DNA of 64,000 nucleotides from an uncultured Candidatus Saccharibacteria bacterium (GTDB lineage Bacteria; Patescibacteriota; Saccharimonadia; Saccharimonadales; 2-12-FULL-41-12): NCBI GenBank assembly GCA_964404795.1, contig CAYOLI010000001.1, positions 17,059 to 81,058 of the forward strand, read 5' to 3'. Shown piece by piece: positions 8,792 to 18,360 of this stretch (position 1 is its first letter; each line of letters starts with the position of its first letter). The notes under the pieces were generated by a model. It saw only the letters and a program-made list of their open reading frames with translations, ran no database searches and was not told where the DNA came from. The position numbers and the translations under genes were made by a program.

Positions 8792-9145
8792 CTAGCGCAG
8801 CCCAAGTAATGAGAAGCTAACAATTAAAGTTAATGTGAGCAGTAAAAGCGTTAATAAAAGGATAATGTGAGTAACTCGTTTTCTGAGATGATACATCTTC
8901 AACCCCAACCCAAGCTGAAAACCATAAACTATAACTGCAAAAGCAATAAAACTGAGTATCTCGCCAATACCACCTGCTTTATACCCGTCTAACCCTAAGT
9001 TAGCACGATATTGAACAATGTAGCCCTCGCTAGGATCACCTAATCGAAGCAAAATAGAAATTATCACTAGTGCTAACAAAAAACTATTAATTGTTAGTAG
9101 TAAAAGTACAAATCTATCATGAAAAAATGCACGAGGACTAACCAT
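8792..9145 (-). CDS. small polytopic membrane protein, directly abutting GT2 gene (putative synthase partner)
   Basis: 117 aa, three hydrophobic helices; stop/start adjacency with the downstream GT2 ORF. Confidence 0.3.
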   Translation of the reverse strand: MVSPRAFFHDRFVLLLLTINSFLLALVIISILLRLGDPSEGYIVQYRANLGLDGYKAGGIGEILSFIAFAVIVYGFQLGLGLKMYHLRKRVTHIILLLTLLLLTLTLIVSFSLLGLR

Positions 9146-9258
9146 ATATGTTTGTAATTATAGATGTTTTTGGAGCGTGCTACAATCGGAGAACAGTACA
9201 GGGCACACAATATCAATAATTTGACCAAAATTGCTGATTATATTATTATAGTATTGAT

Positions 9259-9600
9259 ATGATGAGGTCCAATTTTAACCAACTTAATTACAACCTTCCT
9301 GCTAATAATGAACTATTAGATGCCCAGAACGAGGTTGAGAAGTCAAAACATAAAGTTATTGATTGCTTGGGTACGATCGCAATTAATGAATTTCATCAAG
9401 AACTAGCACCAGGCGACCCCGATGCACCAACCGACAGTGAACGAAAAGACATAAAAGATAATCTGAAAATAGCTAGTGAGGTTTTAGATTACGAAATAAG
9501 GCAATTCATTCATAACACAAAGAAAACCCTACGATTGTCTAGCAATCAACCCTCTGCAAAGCCAAATGCAGCATGGCTACATCGAGAGTTCGAAGATTAG
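9259..9600 (+). CDS. hypothetical protein
   Basis: 113-aa ORF, no recognisable motif; divergent from the membrane/GT2 pair. Confidence 0.25.
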   Translation: MMRSNFNQLNYNLPANNELLDAQNEVEKSKHKVIDCLGTIAINEFHQELAPGDPDAPTDSERKDIKDNLKIASEVLDYEIRQFIHNTKKTLRLSSNQPSAKPNAAWLHREFED

Positions 9601-9642
9601 ATATTTGCTGTAAGCAATATTTGTATTACATCCTCAATTTAA

Positions 9643-9716
9643 TGGTGCGAGATACGAGAATCGAACTCGTGCCTCTTGCTTGGGAAGCAAGCGTACTGCC
9701 ATTATACTAATCTCGC
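9643..9716 (-). tRNA. tRNA-Gly (anticodon CCC)
   Basis: Reverse complement: acceptor GCGAGAU/AUCUCGC, anticodon stem CUUGC/GCAAG loop UUCCCAA, T-loop UUCGAUU, CCA encoded. Confidence 0.85.
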
Positions 9717-9726
9717 TTGAAAATCC

Positions 9727-9802
9727 TGGAGCCACCTGCCGGGATTGAACCGGCGACCTACGCGTTACGAATGCGTCGCTCTACCAACTGAGCTAAGGTG
9801 GC
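9727..9802 (-). tRNA. tRNA-Thr (anticodon CGU)
   Basis: Reverse complement: acceptor GCCACCU/AGGUGGC, D-arm GCUCAGUUGGUAGAGC, anticodon loop UUCGUAA, T-loop UUCAAUC, CCA encoded. Confidence 0.85.
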
Positions 9803-9947
9803 AACAAAAAATTACAAATAAATAATTGCTATGGTGTTGCTTTATACCTCTGTAAATGTTAACATCAACTTTGTCTTAAACAAATCATAATACTAAAAAA
9901 TTGGTGTTATATTAGTTCTTAGGTATTAACAACTGATTATGATATAT

Positions 9948-10024
9948 GGGCTCGTAGTGAAGTGGTCTATCACGCCTCCCTGTCACGGAGGAGATCGCCG
10001 GTTCAAATCCGGTCGGGCCCGCCA
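9948..10024 (+). tRNA. tRNA-Asp (anticodon GUC)
   Basis: Acceptor GGGCUCG/CGGGCCC, anticodon stem CCUCC/GGAGG loop CUGUCAC, T-loop UUCAAAU, discriminator G, CCA encoded. Confidence 0.9.
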
Positions 10025-10109
10025 TAATTCACCAAATCACAAATTTGCTTAGAATATTCTGAATAAAATAATATACCTGCCAAACTGTACCGCGTTTCAA
10101 TAAACGATA

Positions 10110-11156
10110 CTAAACATGTATGTAAGTACGAATTTTGTCTTTGTCTTTTGCTTCAGACAAAAAGTCGTTGATATTTTTAAAATTAAATAAAATATGAGAC
10201 GCCTTGATCTTATCGTCTTTTTGTTCGTTATTTTTAACGATCTCTAACCCATAACCTGCATCCACTACCTTCGAATATTGTCCTGGCTTCAACTCGAATA
10301 AAGCTTTTATGACTATCGCTGATATATCGCGATTTGATTTATCAATCTGAAAACCATAATCCCCACCATTGGCCTTTGTAGATAAATCTTCGGAGACCTC
10401 TTTTGCCAGTGTCGCAAAATCTTTACCACCTTGCAATTGCTGATAAGCAGAATCGGCTCTACCATGTGTGTCCACATCCAGCGCCGATAATACCTTCTGC
10501 GTTAATAGTTGTTGCCTTAAGCTATATTTAAAATCATCGATAGTCCAGCCCCAGAAATCTTTTAAAACTGTTTCGAATTCTTGATTGCTACCACCCAATC
10601 TATTTTGACTCCGGACAACCTCTATCTGGTCATTAACTTCTTTATCTGATACGGTTATCCCCTTTTCCTTAGCTATTTTCTTTATATAAGAATCGTTGAT
10701 AACCTGGTTCAGAGCCCTTTTTTTAAATTCAGCAAGCTGTCTTTGCCCAGCATCACTTTTAAAATCTAGTTGCTGTTGGGTTCTGTAATAATGTGTATAA
10801 TGGTTTATTTCAAATAGATAATCCTTGTAAAGAACAAAATTCGATCCAGTTCGAGCAATTGGGAACGGGACAACTTTTGTGACTCTATACATAAACATAC
10901 TGGTGTCTTGCAATTTGTATAAGGCGGTTATTGAGTACGCAAAAAAACCCACTATTGCAACAGTTAACAAAGACAGAGAAATAATTATTAATCGACGTTT
11001 TGAATGACGAAGTGGATATATATATTTACGCGCGCCACCAAGTATTTCTTCGCGGTGTTGCGAGATTGTTTCTTTGGTTATCCGGGAGTCGACTGCTTTT
11101 TCAGTATCATCGGTCTTTTTCCTTCTCAAAATATGTTTTTTAAACTTGTTCTTCAC
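10110..11156 (-). CDS. membrane-anchored parvulin-type peptidyl-prolyl isomerase (PrsA/SurA-like)
   Basis: Basic N-terminus, one TM helix, SurA-like region, then a PpiC-type segment GGKDFATLAKEVSEDLSTKANGGDYGF; 348 aa. Confidence 0.5.
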   Translation of the reverse strand: MKNKFKKHILRRKKTDDTEKAVDSRITKETISQHREEILGGARKYIYPLRHSKRRLIIISLSLLTVAIVGFFAYSITALYKLQDTSMFMYRVTKVVPFPIARTGSNFVLYKDYLFEINHYTHYYRTQQQLDFKSDAGQRQLAEFKKRALNQVINDSYIKKIAKEKGITVSDKEVNDQIEVVRSQNRLGGSNQEFETVLKDFWGWTIDDFKYSLRQQLLTQKVLSALDVDTHGRADSAYQQLQGGKDFATLAKEVSEDLSTKANGGDYGFQIDKSNRDISAIVIKALFELKPGQYSKVVDAGYGLEIVKNNEQKDDKIKASHILFNFKNINDFLSEAKDKDKIRTYIHV

Positions 11157-11679
11157 TGGTTCCTTCCGTACTTAGATGAGGTGGATTAATAGCAATAATG
11201 CCGTGCTTTCGCAGTACCCCAAGTAATTTTTTTTGTACTTTTGCTGGGTGGTGAATATCGTGAATAACCAAATCGCCCACAAAAGTTTGCATCATTATCG
11301 TACCATAACCAAGTAGGGTTTGCTCAAGACCAGCCACCTGATAGTTAACCATCTGAATTTGGTTAAGTCCGATATCTATTACGCTCCGGTGCCAAAACCC
11401 TTTTTGGTTAACCTGAATAAGACGTTGGTCGGTAATAATAAATACACTGTAGTACCACGTTAGCCACCATGGAAAAAAAACTATAATAGACAGTAGCAAG
11501 CCAGCCCCTAAGCCACCGAATAAATACGAGTACTCTGGCTTGATAAACGATGGCACCGTACCCAACAAAAGCGCAACCATCGCAACAATAATACCCTTGC
11601 GCATGACAATTGGATGCTTTTTAAAAACTAGTAGTAGTTCTTCGTCATCGAGCTGGTCCGGAAAATATTTTTTTGGCAT
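11140..11679 (-). CDS. membrane protein, function unknown (possible bPH/YdbS-like)
   Basis: 179 aa, two TM helices followed by a soluble domain; no catalytic motif. Confidence 0.3.
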   Translation of the reverse strand: MPKKYFPDQLDDEELLLVFKKHPIVMRKGIIVAMVALLLGTVPSFIKPEYSYLFGGLGAGLLLSIIVFFPWWLTWYYSVFIITDQRLIQVNQKGFWHRSVIDIGLNQIQMVNYQVAGLEQTLLGYGTIMMQTFVGDLVIHDIHHPAKVQKKLLGVLRKHGIIAINPPHLSTEGTSEEQV

Positions 11680-11715
11680 CGCTAACGCTTATTTTAACAG
11701 TTTTCGCGAATTCTG

Positions 11716-11791
11716 TGGTGACCCGGGAGGGAATCGAACCCCCAACACCCACCTTAGGACGGTGGTGTTCTATCCGTTGAACTACCGGGCC
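11716..11791 (-). tRNA. tRNA-Arg (anticodon CCU)
   Basis: Reverse complement: acceptor GGCCCGG/CCGGGUC, anticodon stem CCACC/GGUGG loop GUCCUAA, T-loop UUCGAUU, CCA encoded. Confidence 0.8.
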
Positions 11792-11809
11792 ATAAGATTA
11801 TAGGTAATC

Positions 11810-12277
11810 TTATCCGTCTCTCTCGCTGGGCTCATATATGTGAGAATACTCTGATTTGTCATAAGAAAATAGCTCGTCACTATTAAAAAACTGACTCACC
11901 TCCGATAAGCCGGTCTTTTTGCTATCCGAAGCATGTATGATGTTTCTTCCGGTACCAATGGCAAAGTCGCCTCGAATGGTCCCTGCGTCGGCTTCTCTTG
12001 GATTTGTTGATCCGACCAAAATCCTGACAGATGTTACGCACTCATACCCCTCCCAGGCCATGACTACCACTGGTGAACTCTGCATAAATCTTTCTAACCC
12101 TTCATAAAACGGCTTGCCGAGATGTTCATGGTAGTGCCTCTGTAATAGCTTACTATCGAGGGCAATCATCTTAAGTCCGATTAGTTTCAGGCCTTTATTT
12201 TCAAACCTGGTTATTATTTCCCCGATCAGCCCCCGCTGGACGGCATCCGGTTTCGCAATAATAAGTGTTCTTTCCAT
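11810..12277 (-). CDS. ndk: nucleoside diphosphate kinase with about 35-aa C-terminal extension
   Basis: ERTLIIAKPDAVQRGLIGEIITRFE...NIIHASDS (active-site His). The ORF-track start at 12337 would add 20 non-conserved residues and coincides with the xer start, so the start was trimmed to MERTL. Confidence 0.9.
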   Translation of the reverse strand: MERTLIIAKPDAVQRGLIGEIITRFENKGLKLIGLKMIALDSKLLQRHYHEHLGKPFYEGLERFMQSSPVVVMAWEGYECVTSVRILVGSTNPREADAGTIRGDFAIGTGRNIIHASDSKKTGLSEVSQFFNSDELFSYDKSEYSHIYEPSERDG

Positions 12278-12336
12278 TTTGATTCCTTGCTTATTTAAGA
12301 CATTATAACAGATATAATAAGTGTAATTAGAGTACA

Positions 12337-13263
12337 ATGATACTTATGAAAGTCGAAACCTTGCTGGAAGATTATTATGAATACTTAGAAATAGAACAAA
12401 ATAGATCTTCAAAGACCATCGAAAATTATCGACATTATTTAACCAGATTGGTTGATTATGCAGGAGATATAAAGGTAAGCCAAATTACTCCTGAGTTAAT
12501 TCGCAAATGGCGCCTTTGGTTAAACCGACTAGGGACTAACACCTCTGACGAGTTGAAAAAAACAACACAAAACTATCACTTGATCGCACTGAGGAGTTTC
12601 TTAAAATACTGCGCAAAGCGCGACATAACCGCACTAAGCGCAGACAAAATAGAACTTGCAAGGACAAAAAGGCCACAGGTAACATTTTTGCTTACCGAAG
12701 AGGTAAACCGACTCCTTGATCAGCCAAAAATCGATACTTTAAACGGACTAAGAGATAGAGCTATTTTGGAACTGCTTTACTCTAGCGGTCTGCGTGTTTC
12801 AGAACTCGTGGCGCTCGACAAAGATCACATTAACTTAAAGCGCCGAGAATTCATGGTGCGAGGTAAGGGTCAGAAAGATCGTCCAATTTTTATAAGCCAA
12901 GAGGCAGCAGATTGGGTGAATAAATATCTTAATCAGAGAAAAGACAATAGCCCTCCTCTGTTTGCAAGAGTTGGGGGAAATAAGAAAGCAACAGTTTCGG
13001 GTGATTATTTGCGGCTAACAACTCGAAGTGTTCAGAGGTTGGTTTCGCGCTATGCCACTTTGGCAGGGATAACAAAACATGTTAGTCCGCATACACTTCG
13101 GCACTCTTTTGCAACCGATCTAGTGATGAACGGAGCCGACCTAAGAAGCGTACAAGCTATGCTTGGGCACAGCAATATTGCAACAACTCAAATTTATACT
13201 CACTTAACAGATCCTCACTTAAAGTCCGTTCATGAAAAATTTCACCGCAAAAATAATGACTAA
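12337..13263 (+). CDS. tyrosine site-specific recombinase XerC/XerD family
   Basis: C-terminal HTLRHSFATDLVMNGADLRSVQAMLGHSNIATTQIYTHL (R..H..R..Y catalytic signature). Confidence 0.85.
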   Translation: MILMKVETLLEDYYEYLEIEQNRSSKTIENYRHYLTRLVDYAGDIKVSQITPELIRKWRLWLNRLGTNTSDELKKTTQNYHLIALRSFLKYCAKRDITALSADKIELARTKRPQVTFLLTEEVNRLLDQPKIDTLNGLRDRAILELLYSSGLRVSELVALDKDHINLKRREFMVRGKGQKDRPIFISQEAADWVNKYLNQRKDNSPPLFARVGGNKKATVSGDYLRLTTRSVQRLVSRYATLAGITKHVSPHTLRHSFATDLVMNGADLRSVQAMLGHSNIATTQIYTHLTDPHLKSVHEKFHRKNND

Positions 13264-14318
13264 TGACAGTTATCCGGAGAGCTTGTCTGGCCAGGGTAAA
13301 CATCTAACAGCTTACAAAAACTATCGCCACCTCCACCAGTAATCTTTACCGCCGAGCCAGATTGATTGGTCGTTGGGTTAACTGCTTTTCGTACTTGAAT
13401 GCGCTTCAAAACATCACTTGCTTTGCCCGTTACATCAATCATCATCTGAGCATTCTTGAACATAACTGGCTGGTCATTGTTGTCAACACCGGTAATTACT
13501 ACTTTACTTTTCTTTTTATAAAGTGTGGACATACGCAAGTATAATTGTCCTTCGCCACTAACCCCCAGACCATCAATAGTTGCCTTGCACTCACCGTTAC
13601 TACAACCACCATTCAAAAATACACCGTTATCTTGACCGACATTGCCAGTCCTGCTGGTGCTACCTGGTGTAGCATTATTAGTAGGATATAAATAAGCTGT
13701 AAAATCGCTCTTGATCATTTCTTCTCGTTTTAAAACGGTTGAATTTATTAACTCTGCTCTAAGAATTCCGACGTTGCAATTACTACCAAAACTATTCGGT
13801 AAACTGCCTCCCGTTACGCCAGGGCATCCTGATACATCTTTACCTTCACTAGGGTTTGACCAAGTAATGGTAATTGATTTGACACCGCTGCCTCCTGCAT
13901 TTTGAATAGGCACGATAACTGGGTTATCGCCACTGACGTTGTCTATAACAATATCTATGGGCTGCAAATCATACAAAACACAGGTATATTTTACCCCTGG
14001 GTCGCTACCTACTCGGCCTTCACTACTACCTCCAGATAAGTCACTCAAGCTCGGATTTTGATCACATTTATCTTTCTTTTTAGAAAAAGAAGCGTCATTT
14101 AAGTGAGTTCGAATGTACTCGACTGTATCGTTAACGCCAGACTCGGCTGCATAATTTGCTTGAGCGCTAAGTTGCCTATCTAACGCTTGGCGCTGTTCGC
14201 GGTTGGCGTTTCGCGCCATGGCAAGAGCAATAAGTGTAAGGACCAAAATAATCAAAATAACGATAATAATCGACGCTATTCCTGATTGATCTCTCTTTAA
14301 CGCTTTCAAATACTTCAT
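13260..14318 (-). CDS. PilX-like pilus assembly / minor pilin protein
   Basis: N-terminal hydrophobic segment typical of PilX_N (QSGIASIIIVILIILVLTLIALAMA), large Gly/Asn-rich extracellular part; first gene after minor pilins. Confidence 0.45.
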   Translation of the reverse strand: MKYLKALKRDQSGIASIIIVILIILVLTLIALAMARNANREQRQALDRQLSAQANYAAESGVNDTVEYIRTHLNDASFSKKKDKCDQNPSLSDLSGGSSEGRVGSDPGVKYTCVLYDLQPIDIVIDNVSGDNPVIVPIQNAGGSGVKSITITWSNPSEGKDVSGCPGVTGGSLPNSFGSNCNVGILRAELINSTVLKREEMIKSDFTAYLYPTNNATPGSTSRTGNVGQDNGVFLNGGCSNGECKATIDGLGVSGEGQLYLRMSTLYKKKSKVVITGVDNNDQPVMFKNAQMMIDVTGKASDVLKRIQVRKAVNPTTNQSGSAVKITGGGGDSFCKLLDVYPGQTSSPDNCH

Positions 14319-14330
14319 AAACTCTTATGC

Positions 14331-15002
14331 CTATTCTACCCGTATTGTAGCAGAGGTGTCTAGTGCTGATGTTGCACAGAAGTTGCTACCAGCAATTCCA
14401 CTCTTACATAACGTCTGACTGAGTTGATTTATATTGATGCCGTCTGACGCTTCGTTGTAGGTTGTTAGCAAATCATTATCTCCGTATGCCACTTTGATTT
14501 TTACAGTGTAAAAGCCCTGGTTGCCACTACTCTTTGCAATCTGAAATTGTGTTAGGCGCATATTCTCCCCCAATAGCTCAACGCCATTAGAATCTGGCGA
14601 GCACGTTCCGCTAGTTGCCTGACTCAACACTATTCCGTGATGAGTACCCTTGACCTGTTGGCCCAGCCAATAGGTATACTTGCTATCTCCTATACAGACA
14701 GCTAGTGCTTGACCAATGTTGTCTGGTTTTAGCGGTGGGTTTTGCTCTGGCTGTGAGGGAACAGTACTGAGAGCCGAATAGTTTGGCTTAAAAGAGTCGC
14801 TACCGCCGTATTGCAGATCTGTGACAACGCGCTGTGCGATATCTCTGGTGGCATTCTGTGTTCGCGTAGAGATAATGCCCTTATAATACAGTCGACCAAT
14901 TTGGATCATGGCAGTACTTGCTACCAGCAAAACAACACTAAAAACTGTCGTGGCGATTAGTAGCTCCACAATTGTAAAACCGTTTCTGTATTGCTGTCTC
15001 AA
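14331..15002 (-). CDS. type IV minor pilin (prepilin N-methylation motif)
   Basis: MRQQYRNG|FTIVELLIATTVFSVVLLV class III signal peptide. Confidence 0.6.
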   Translation of the reverse strand: MRQQYRNGFTIVELLIATTVFSVVLLVASTAMIQIGRLYYKGIISTRTQNATRDIAQRVVTDLQYGGSDSFKPNYSALSTVPSQPEQNPPLKPDNIGQALAVCIGDSKYTYWLGQQVKGTHHGIVLSQATSGTCSPDSNGVELLGENMRLTQFQIAKSSGNQGFYTVKIKVAYGDNDLLTTYNEASDGININQLSQTLCKSGIAGSNFCATSALDTSATIRVE

Positions 15003-16690
15003 TTTAGAACCCTCACACTGTCAATCTCGATATCGGCGTTGTATCCATTTATCCAGTAGTCATATCCTGGAGTATTAAATCTGCTGTCGTCCCAGGGCCA
15101 GCTAATTCGAAAATAATCGTTTCCGGGTAATTTATTTATAGTTTGTCGAAAAGTTTGTTTTTTTGATGGATCTTTAGGATCTAAACTGATGTTTGGATTA
15201 TTCCCACACCACGCACTACCTAGGGTATGGAAACACATGTTAACCCGAAAGAAATTATAGTTATCTGGTAGTACATTCCAACCTTCTCCAAAACCATGGT
15301 TTCTATAAATAACCTCTACCTCGTGATCACCCGCTGGGATACCGCTAGCGCTATATATCAAATCTTGGGCAGTATAGCTCCATACTGGGCTAAAGGGTGC
15401 GTACCTCGAGTCAGGTACCGTAACCGTATAACAATTAGCCACTCCTCCACCGTTGTATTGATACTCTGAATTTGAGCATGCTGTTGCGCTATTCCATCCG
15501 GACCCCAAGCTACTTAATATCTTTTGCGATGGTTGCTGGCTACTACAACCATCACTAGCATTGGACGTCTCGCGACAAATAACAATCGAGTCAATCTGTA
15601 AATTAGGGTCACCAAACGGACCAGGACCATCATTAATCCAGTTAAGCGTTATATCGGATGGATTGTTCCCAAGATCGACCTGCCCCTTAAATAAAGTACT
15701 ACTCGAGGGCAAAGTAAAGTCAACAGGGCTAGAACCAGCTTGTGCACGGACTGCGTAGTTAAAATTTGATACTCCACCCTGTTCTGCATATGCCTGGCGG
15801 TATCTAATTTCTATATTGGCCTTGCCTGGAGTGAAAACCTTATTCTTAACAGCTGCAGAACTAAAACCGTAAGTTATGCCTACATTACGATACGCATAAA
15901 CGCTTGCACTACTACGCGATTTGTACCACTGTTTTGATGGTGTATTATTTCGGTATTTGCAGCCATCATAGCCATCTGAAAAAGCTGGAGCTTGGGTGCA
16001 GCCACTAAAATCCCTACCATAGAAAAATGCATAAAAATCTTCTCTCAAACAAGTACCACTAAACATATCCCCACTATGAGTATAGCCGGGTGGGATGGAC
16101 AACTGATTGTCGTCGATGTTAGCACAATAATCTATCTGCTGACACACTCCTGCTCCGTTTAATGCTTTACCCGAAGCACAGTTGGCAACACTCCCTGTTG
16201 GAGATAGGTTAAACGACACACTAGCACCACTCGCCAAATATACCTTGTACGCAGTTGTTGCTTTATCTTGGCCAGTTCCTGTCACATTGTCCCAAACAGT
16301 GGTTGCCGTGTATGCTCCGTCGCTTGCAACAAACTTGATGTACGTCTTATACCTACCAACGCCTGGAGAATCTTGTGAGCCAGAGGTGCATTCGTTTGGT
16401 ACTGCATTTATATCGCTAATCGGCTTTACAGCGTTACCGCTAAGGCAAAAATATTTATCTTTTTCAGGAGCTTGGTGGCTAGAATCGGCAAGGTAAGACC
16501 TCAGTTGTTCCAGTTGGCCATTGTTTATTTGCTGGGCCTCACTTCGCTCTTGGGACTGCCTAACTGCCAAGGTGGAGCGATTAGCAAGACCATAAGAGAT
16601 ACTCAAAATTAAGCTCAGAACAGCAACAGAAATTAAAACTTCTGCTATGGTATCGCCCTTTTGATGCTTAAACCACCTCATTAACCACAC
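14999..16690 (-). CDS. large (563 aa) pilin-like protein with prepilin-type N-terminus, Cys-rich
   Basis: KG|DTIAEVLISVAVLSLILS prepilin motif; 4-nt overlap with downstream pilin gene; about 20 Cys. Confidence 0.5.
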   Translation of the reverse strand: MWLMRWFKHQKGDTIAEVLISVAVLSLILSISYGLANRSTLAVRQSQERSEAQQINNGQLEQLRSYLADSSHQAPEKDKYFCLSGNAVKPISDINAVPNECTSGSQDSPGVGRYKTYIKFVASDGAYTATTVWDNVTGTGQDKATTAYKVYLASGASVSFNLSPTGSVANCASGKALNGAGVCQQIDYCANIDDNQLSIPPGYTHSGDMFSGTCLREDFYAFFYGRDFSGCTQAPAFSDGYDGCKYRNNTPSKQWYKSRSSASVYAYRNVGITYGFSSAAVKNKVFTPGKANIEIRYRQAYAEQGGVSNFNYAVRAQAGSSPVDFTLPSSSTLFKGQVDLGNNPSDITLNWINDGPGPFGDPNLQIDSIVICRETSNASDGCSSQQPSQKILSSLGSGWNSATACSNSEYQYNGGGVANCYTVTVPDSRYAPFSPVWSYTAQDLIYSASGIPAGDHEVEVIYRNHGFGEGWNVLPDNYNFFRVNMCFHTLGSAWCGNNPNISLDPKDPSKKQTFRQTINKLPGNDYFRISWPWDDSRFNTPGYDYWINGYNADIEIDSVRVLN

Positions 16691-17460
16691 CCTTCATAAC
16701 TATCTATAGATATTACACTCTGTTGTTGAGAAAACCCAGCCCCAATTTTGATAGTCGCAATTCGACCAGTTGCTGGGTCGTCACCTTCTGCTAGACACAA
16801 GATGATGCCATTGGGTGCAGAGCTCCAGTTACCACCACTAGCTACAGCAAGCTGACTCTTAATTGCTCCACTTTTGAGCATGGTAACACCTGTAGCTTGT
16901 TGACCAAATCCGGTTATTACACCAAATCCATTTACCACCGTCGAGCTGTTATGATTGCTGTCGTTAAATGAACGAATAGAGACAATTTGTACATCTGCCG
17001 ATAACGAACCACTATCTGACCCAGCGGTTGTGCCTGTAAGGGCGACCAAGTTGGCTTCGCTAATACTTGAAACGTCTTTTTTACTACCGTCCACCCGCCT
17101 CCCTACCAGTGTTTGCACATCGAACTTGGTTTTATCTGACGAGTTAACTGTTATGGACTTGCCAGCAAAAATGCAATCATCATTTTTGCCTTGTTCGGTA
17201 GTGCCTACAGTAAACGAGGGTTTACCGCTAGCATCAATCGTGCATTTAAAATCGCTGTTAGAGGGGAAATAGCCAGTATCAACATCGTTTAATATGTCTG
17301 TAAGTTTCTGATTGAAGGTCTCGACGCTTTCTGTAAATTGTTTGCGTCTGCTTTGAGCGCTCATAGCCCCAACAACAGAAACAAACAATACAGCGCTGAC
17401 AGTTAAAAATATCATCACTTCAATGATGGTGTAACCGCCTCTGGCCATGGTGGGCTTCAT
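16681..17460 (-). CDS. type IV minor pilin
   Basis: MKPTMARGG|YTIIEVMIFLTVSAVLFV prepilin motif. Confidence 0.6.
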   Translation of the reverse strand: MKPTMARGGYTIIEVMIFLTVSAVLFVSVVGAMSAQSRRKQFTESVETFNQKLTDILNDVDTGYFPSNSDFKCTIDASGKPSFTVGTTEQGKNDDCIFAGKSITVNSSDKTKFDVQTLVGRRVDGSKKDVSSISEANLVALTGTTAGSDSGSLSADVQIVSIRSFNDSNHNSSTVVNGFGVITGFGQQATGVTMLKSGAIKSQLAVASGGNWSSAPNGIILCLAEGDDPATGRIATIKIGAGFSQQQSVISIDSYEGCG

Positions 17461-17502
17461 AGCTAAATATTATAAAGCATAACCGCTACAAATAATAGAT
17501 TT

Positions 17503-18360
17503 TTACAGATTGAAAAACGTCTGAACGTACCAATTTATCATATTGGCACTAAATAGCTGTACCAAAACGGTTGCAACTAGCAAAAAGGGGCCAAAAGGAA
17601 TTCGAGTTGAAGGAGTTATTTTTTTACCAAGCATCATTGGCAGGGATACAATTGTCCCAAGAAGCGATGCAACAAAAAGCATAATGGCCGCGTTTAGAGG
17701 GCTAGCCAGTAGTAACCCCAACACAAAACCCAGCTTGACGTCGCCACCACCAATCCAACGCCCCTTAGAAACCTCAAAAAGAAGCCAAAACAAACCCCCA
17801 CCCACAATCGAGCCCAAAATAGCTTGCAAGATCACACGACTGCCTTGGTCTATGACAATACTTAGTACAAACAAGAGCGCAACTACTCCTAGGGTCAGCA
17901 CAACCTTATTCGGCAAAATCATCCAACGCAGGTCATAAACAACCAAAAACATGAACCCTACTAGCAGAACTAGCCACAGGCCGAAGTTAGCTACAGTTAC
18001 CAAGCTGTTAAGGTTGTTTGGCCAAAAAAGATAAGAAGCAACAAAGAGTATTGCAGTTATTAGTTCGATCAGTGGATATTGCCAGTGTATTGGCTTTTTG
18101 CAGTAACGACATTTGCCCTTTAATGCCAGCCAGCTGACAACGGGTAACAAATCTTTAGAGGCAAGCTGATGCTTGCAGTCCACACACACCGAGCGGCCCC
18201 TCACTATAGAATATTTTGCTTTGGCAATCTTGGTTTTAGCTGATGCTTGCATATGAAAACGCCAAACAAAGGCATTTACAAAACTACCAAAACAAAGACC
18301 TAGCAAAACCAAAAGTACTACTACCATTAGCATAACTATACCAGAGAACCCCCACAACAA
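17503..18360 (-). CDS. pilD: prepilin peptidase / N-methyltransferase (A24 family)
   Basis: CxxC...CxxC zinc motif (CVDCKHQL...CRYCKKPI), polytopic membrane, conserved Asp-containing loops. Confidence 0.85.
   Translation of the reverse strand: MLWGFSGIVMLMVVVLLVLLGLCFGSFVNAFVWRFHMQASAKTKIAKAKYSIVRGRSVCVDCKHQLASKDLLPVVSWLALKGKCRYCKKPIHWQYPLIELITAILFVASYLFWPNNLNSLVTVANFGLWLVLLVGFMFLVVYDLRWMILPNKVVLTLGVVALLFVLSIVIDQGSRVILQAILGSIVGGGLFWLLFEVSKGRWIGGGDVKLGFVLGLLLASPLNAAIMLFVASLLGTIVSLPMMLGKKITPSTRIPFGPFLLVATVLVQLFSANMINWYVQTFFNL

Noticed and set aside
10110-10220. Apparent truncation of the PPIase (parvulin motif ASHILF only 30 aa from stop)
   Set aside because: On re-reading, a PpiC-like segment (GGKDFATLAKEV...ANGGDYGF) precedes it, so the domain is present. 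A frameshift or pseudogene call is not supported.
11540-11803. 87-aa ORF overlapping tRNA-Arg
   Set aside because: It overlaps a well-folding tRNA and the 5' end of the upstream membrane gene, and has a low-complexity Ser run. Judged spurious.
12278-12337. 20-codon N-terminal extension of ndk
   Set aside because: The residues are not conserved and the putative start coincides with the divergent xer start. MERTLIIAKP is the canonical NDK N-terminus.
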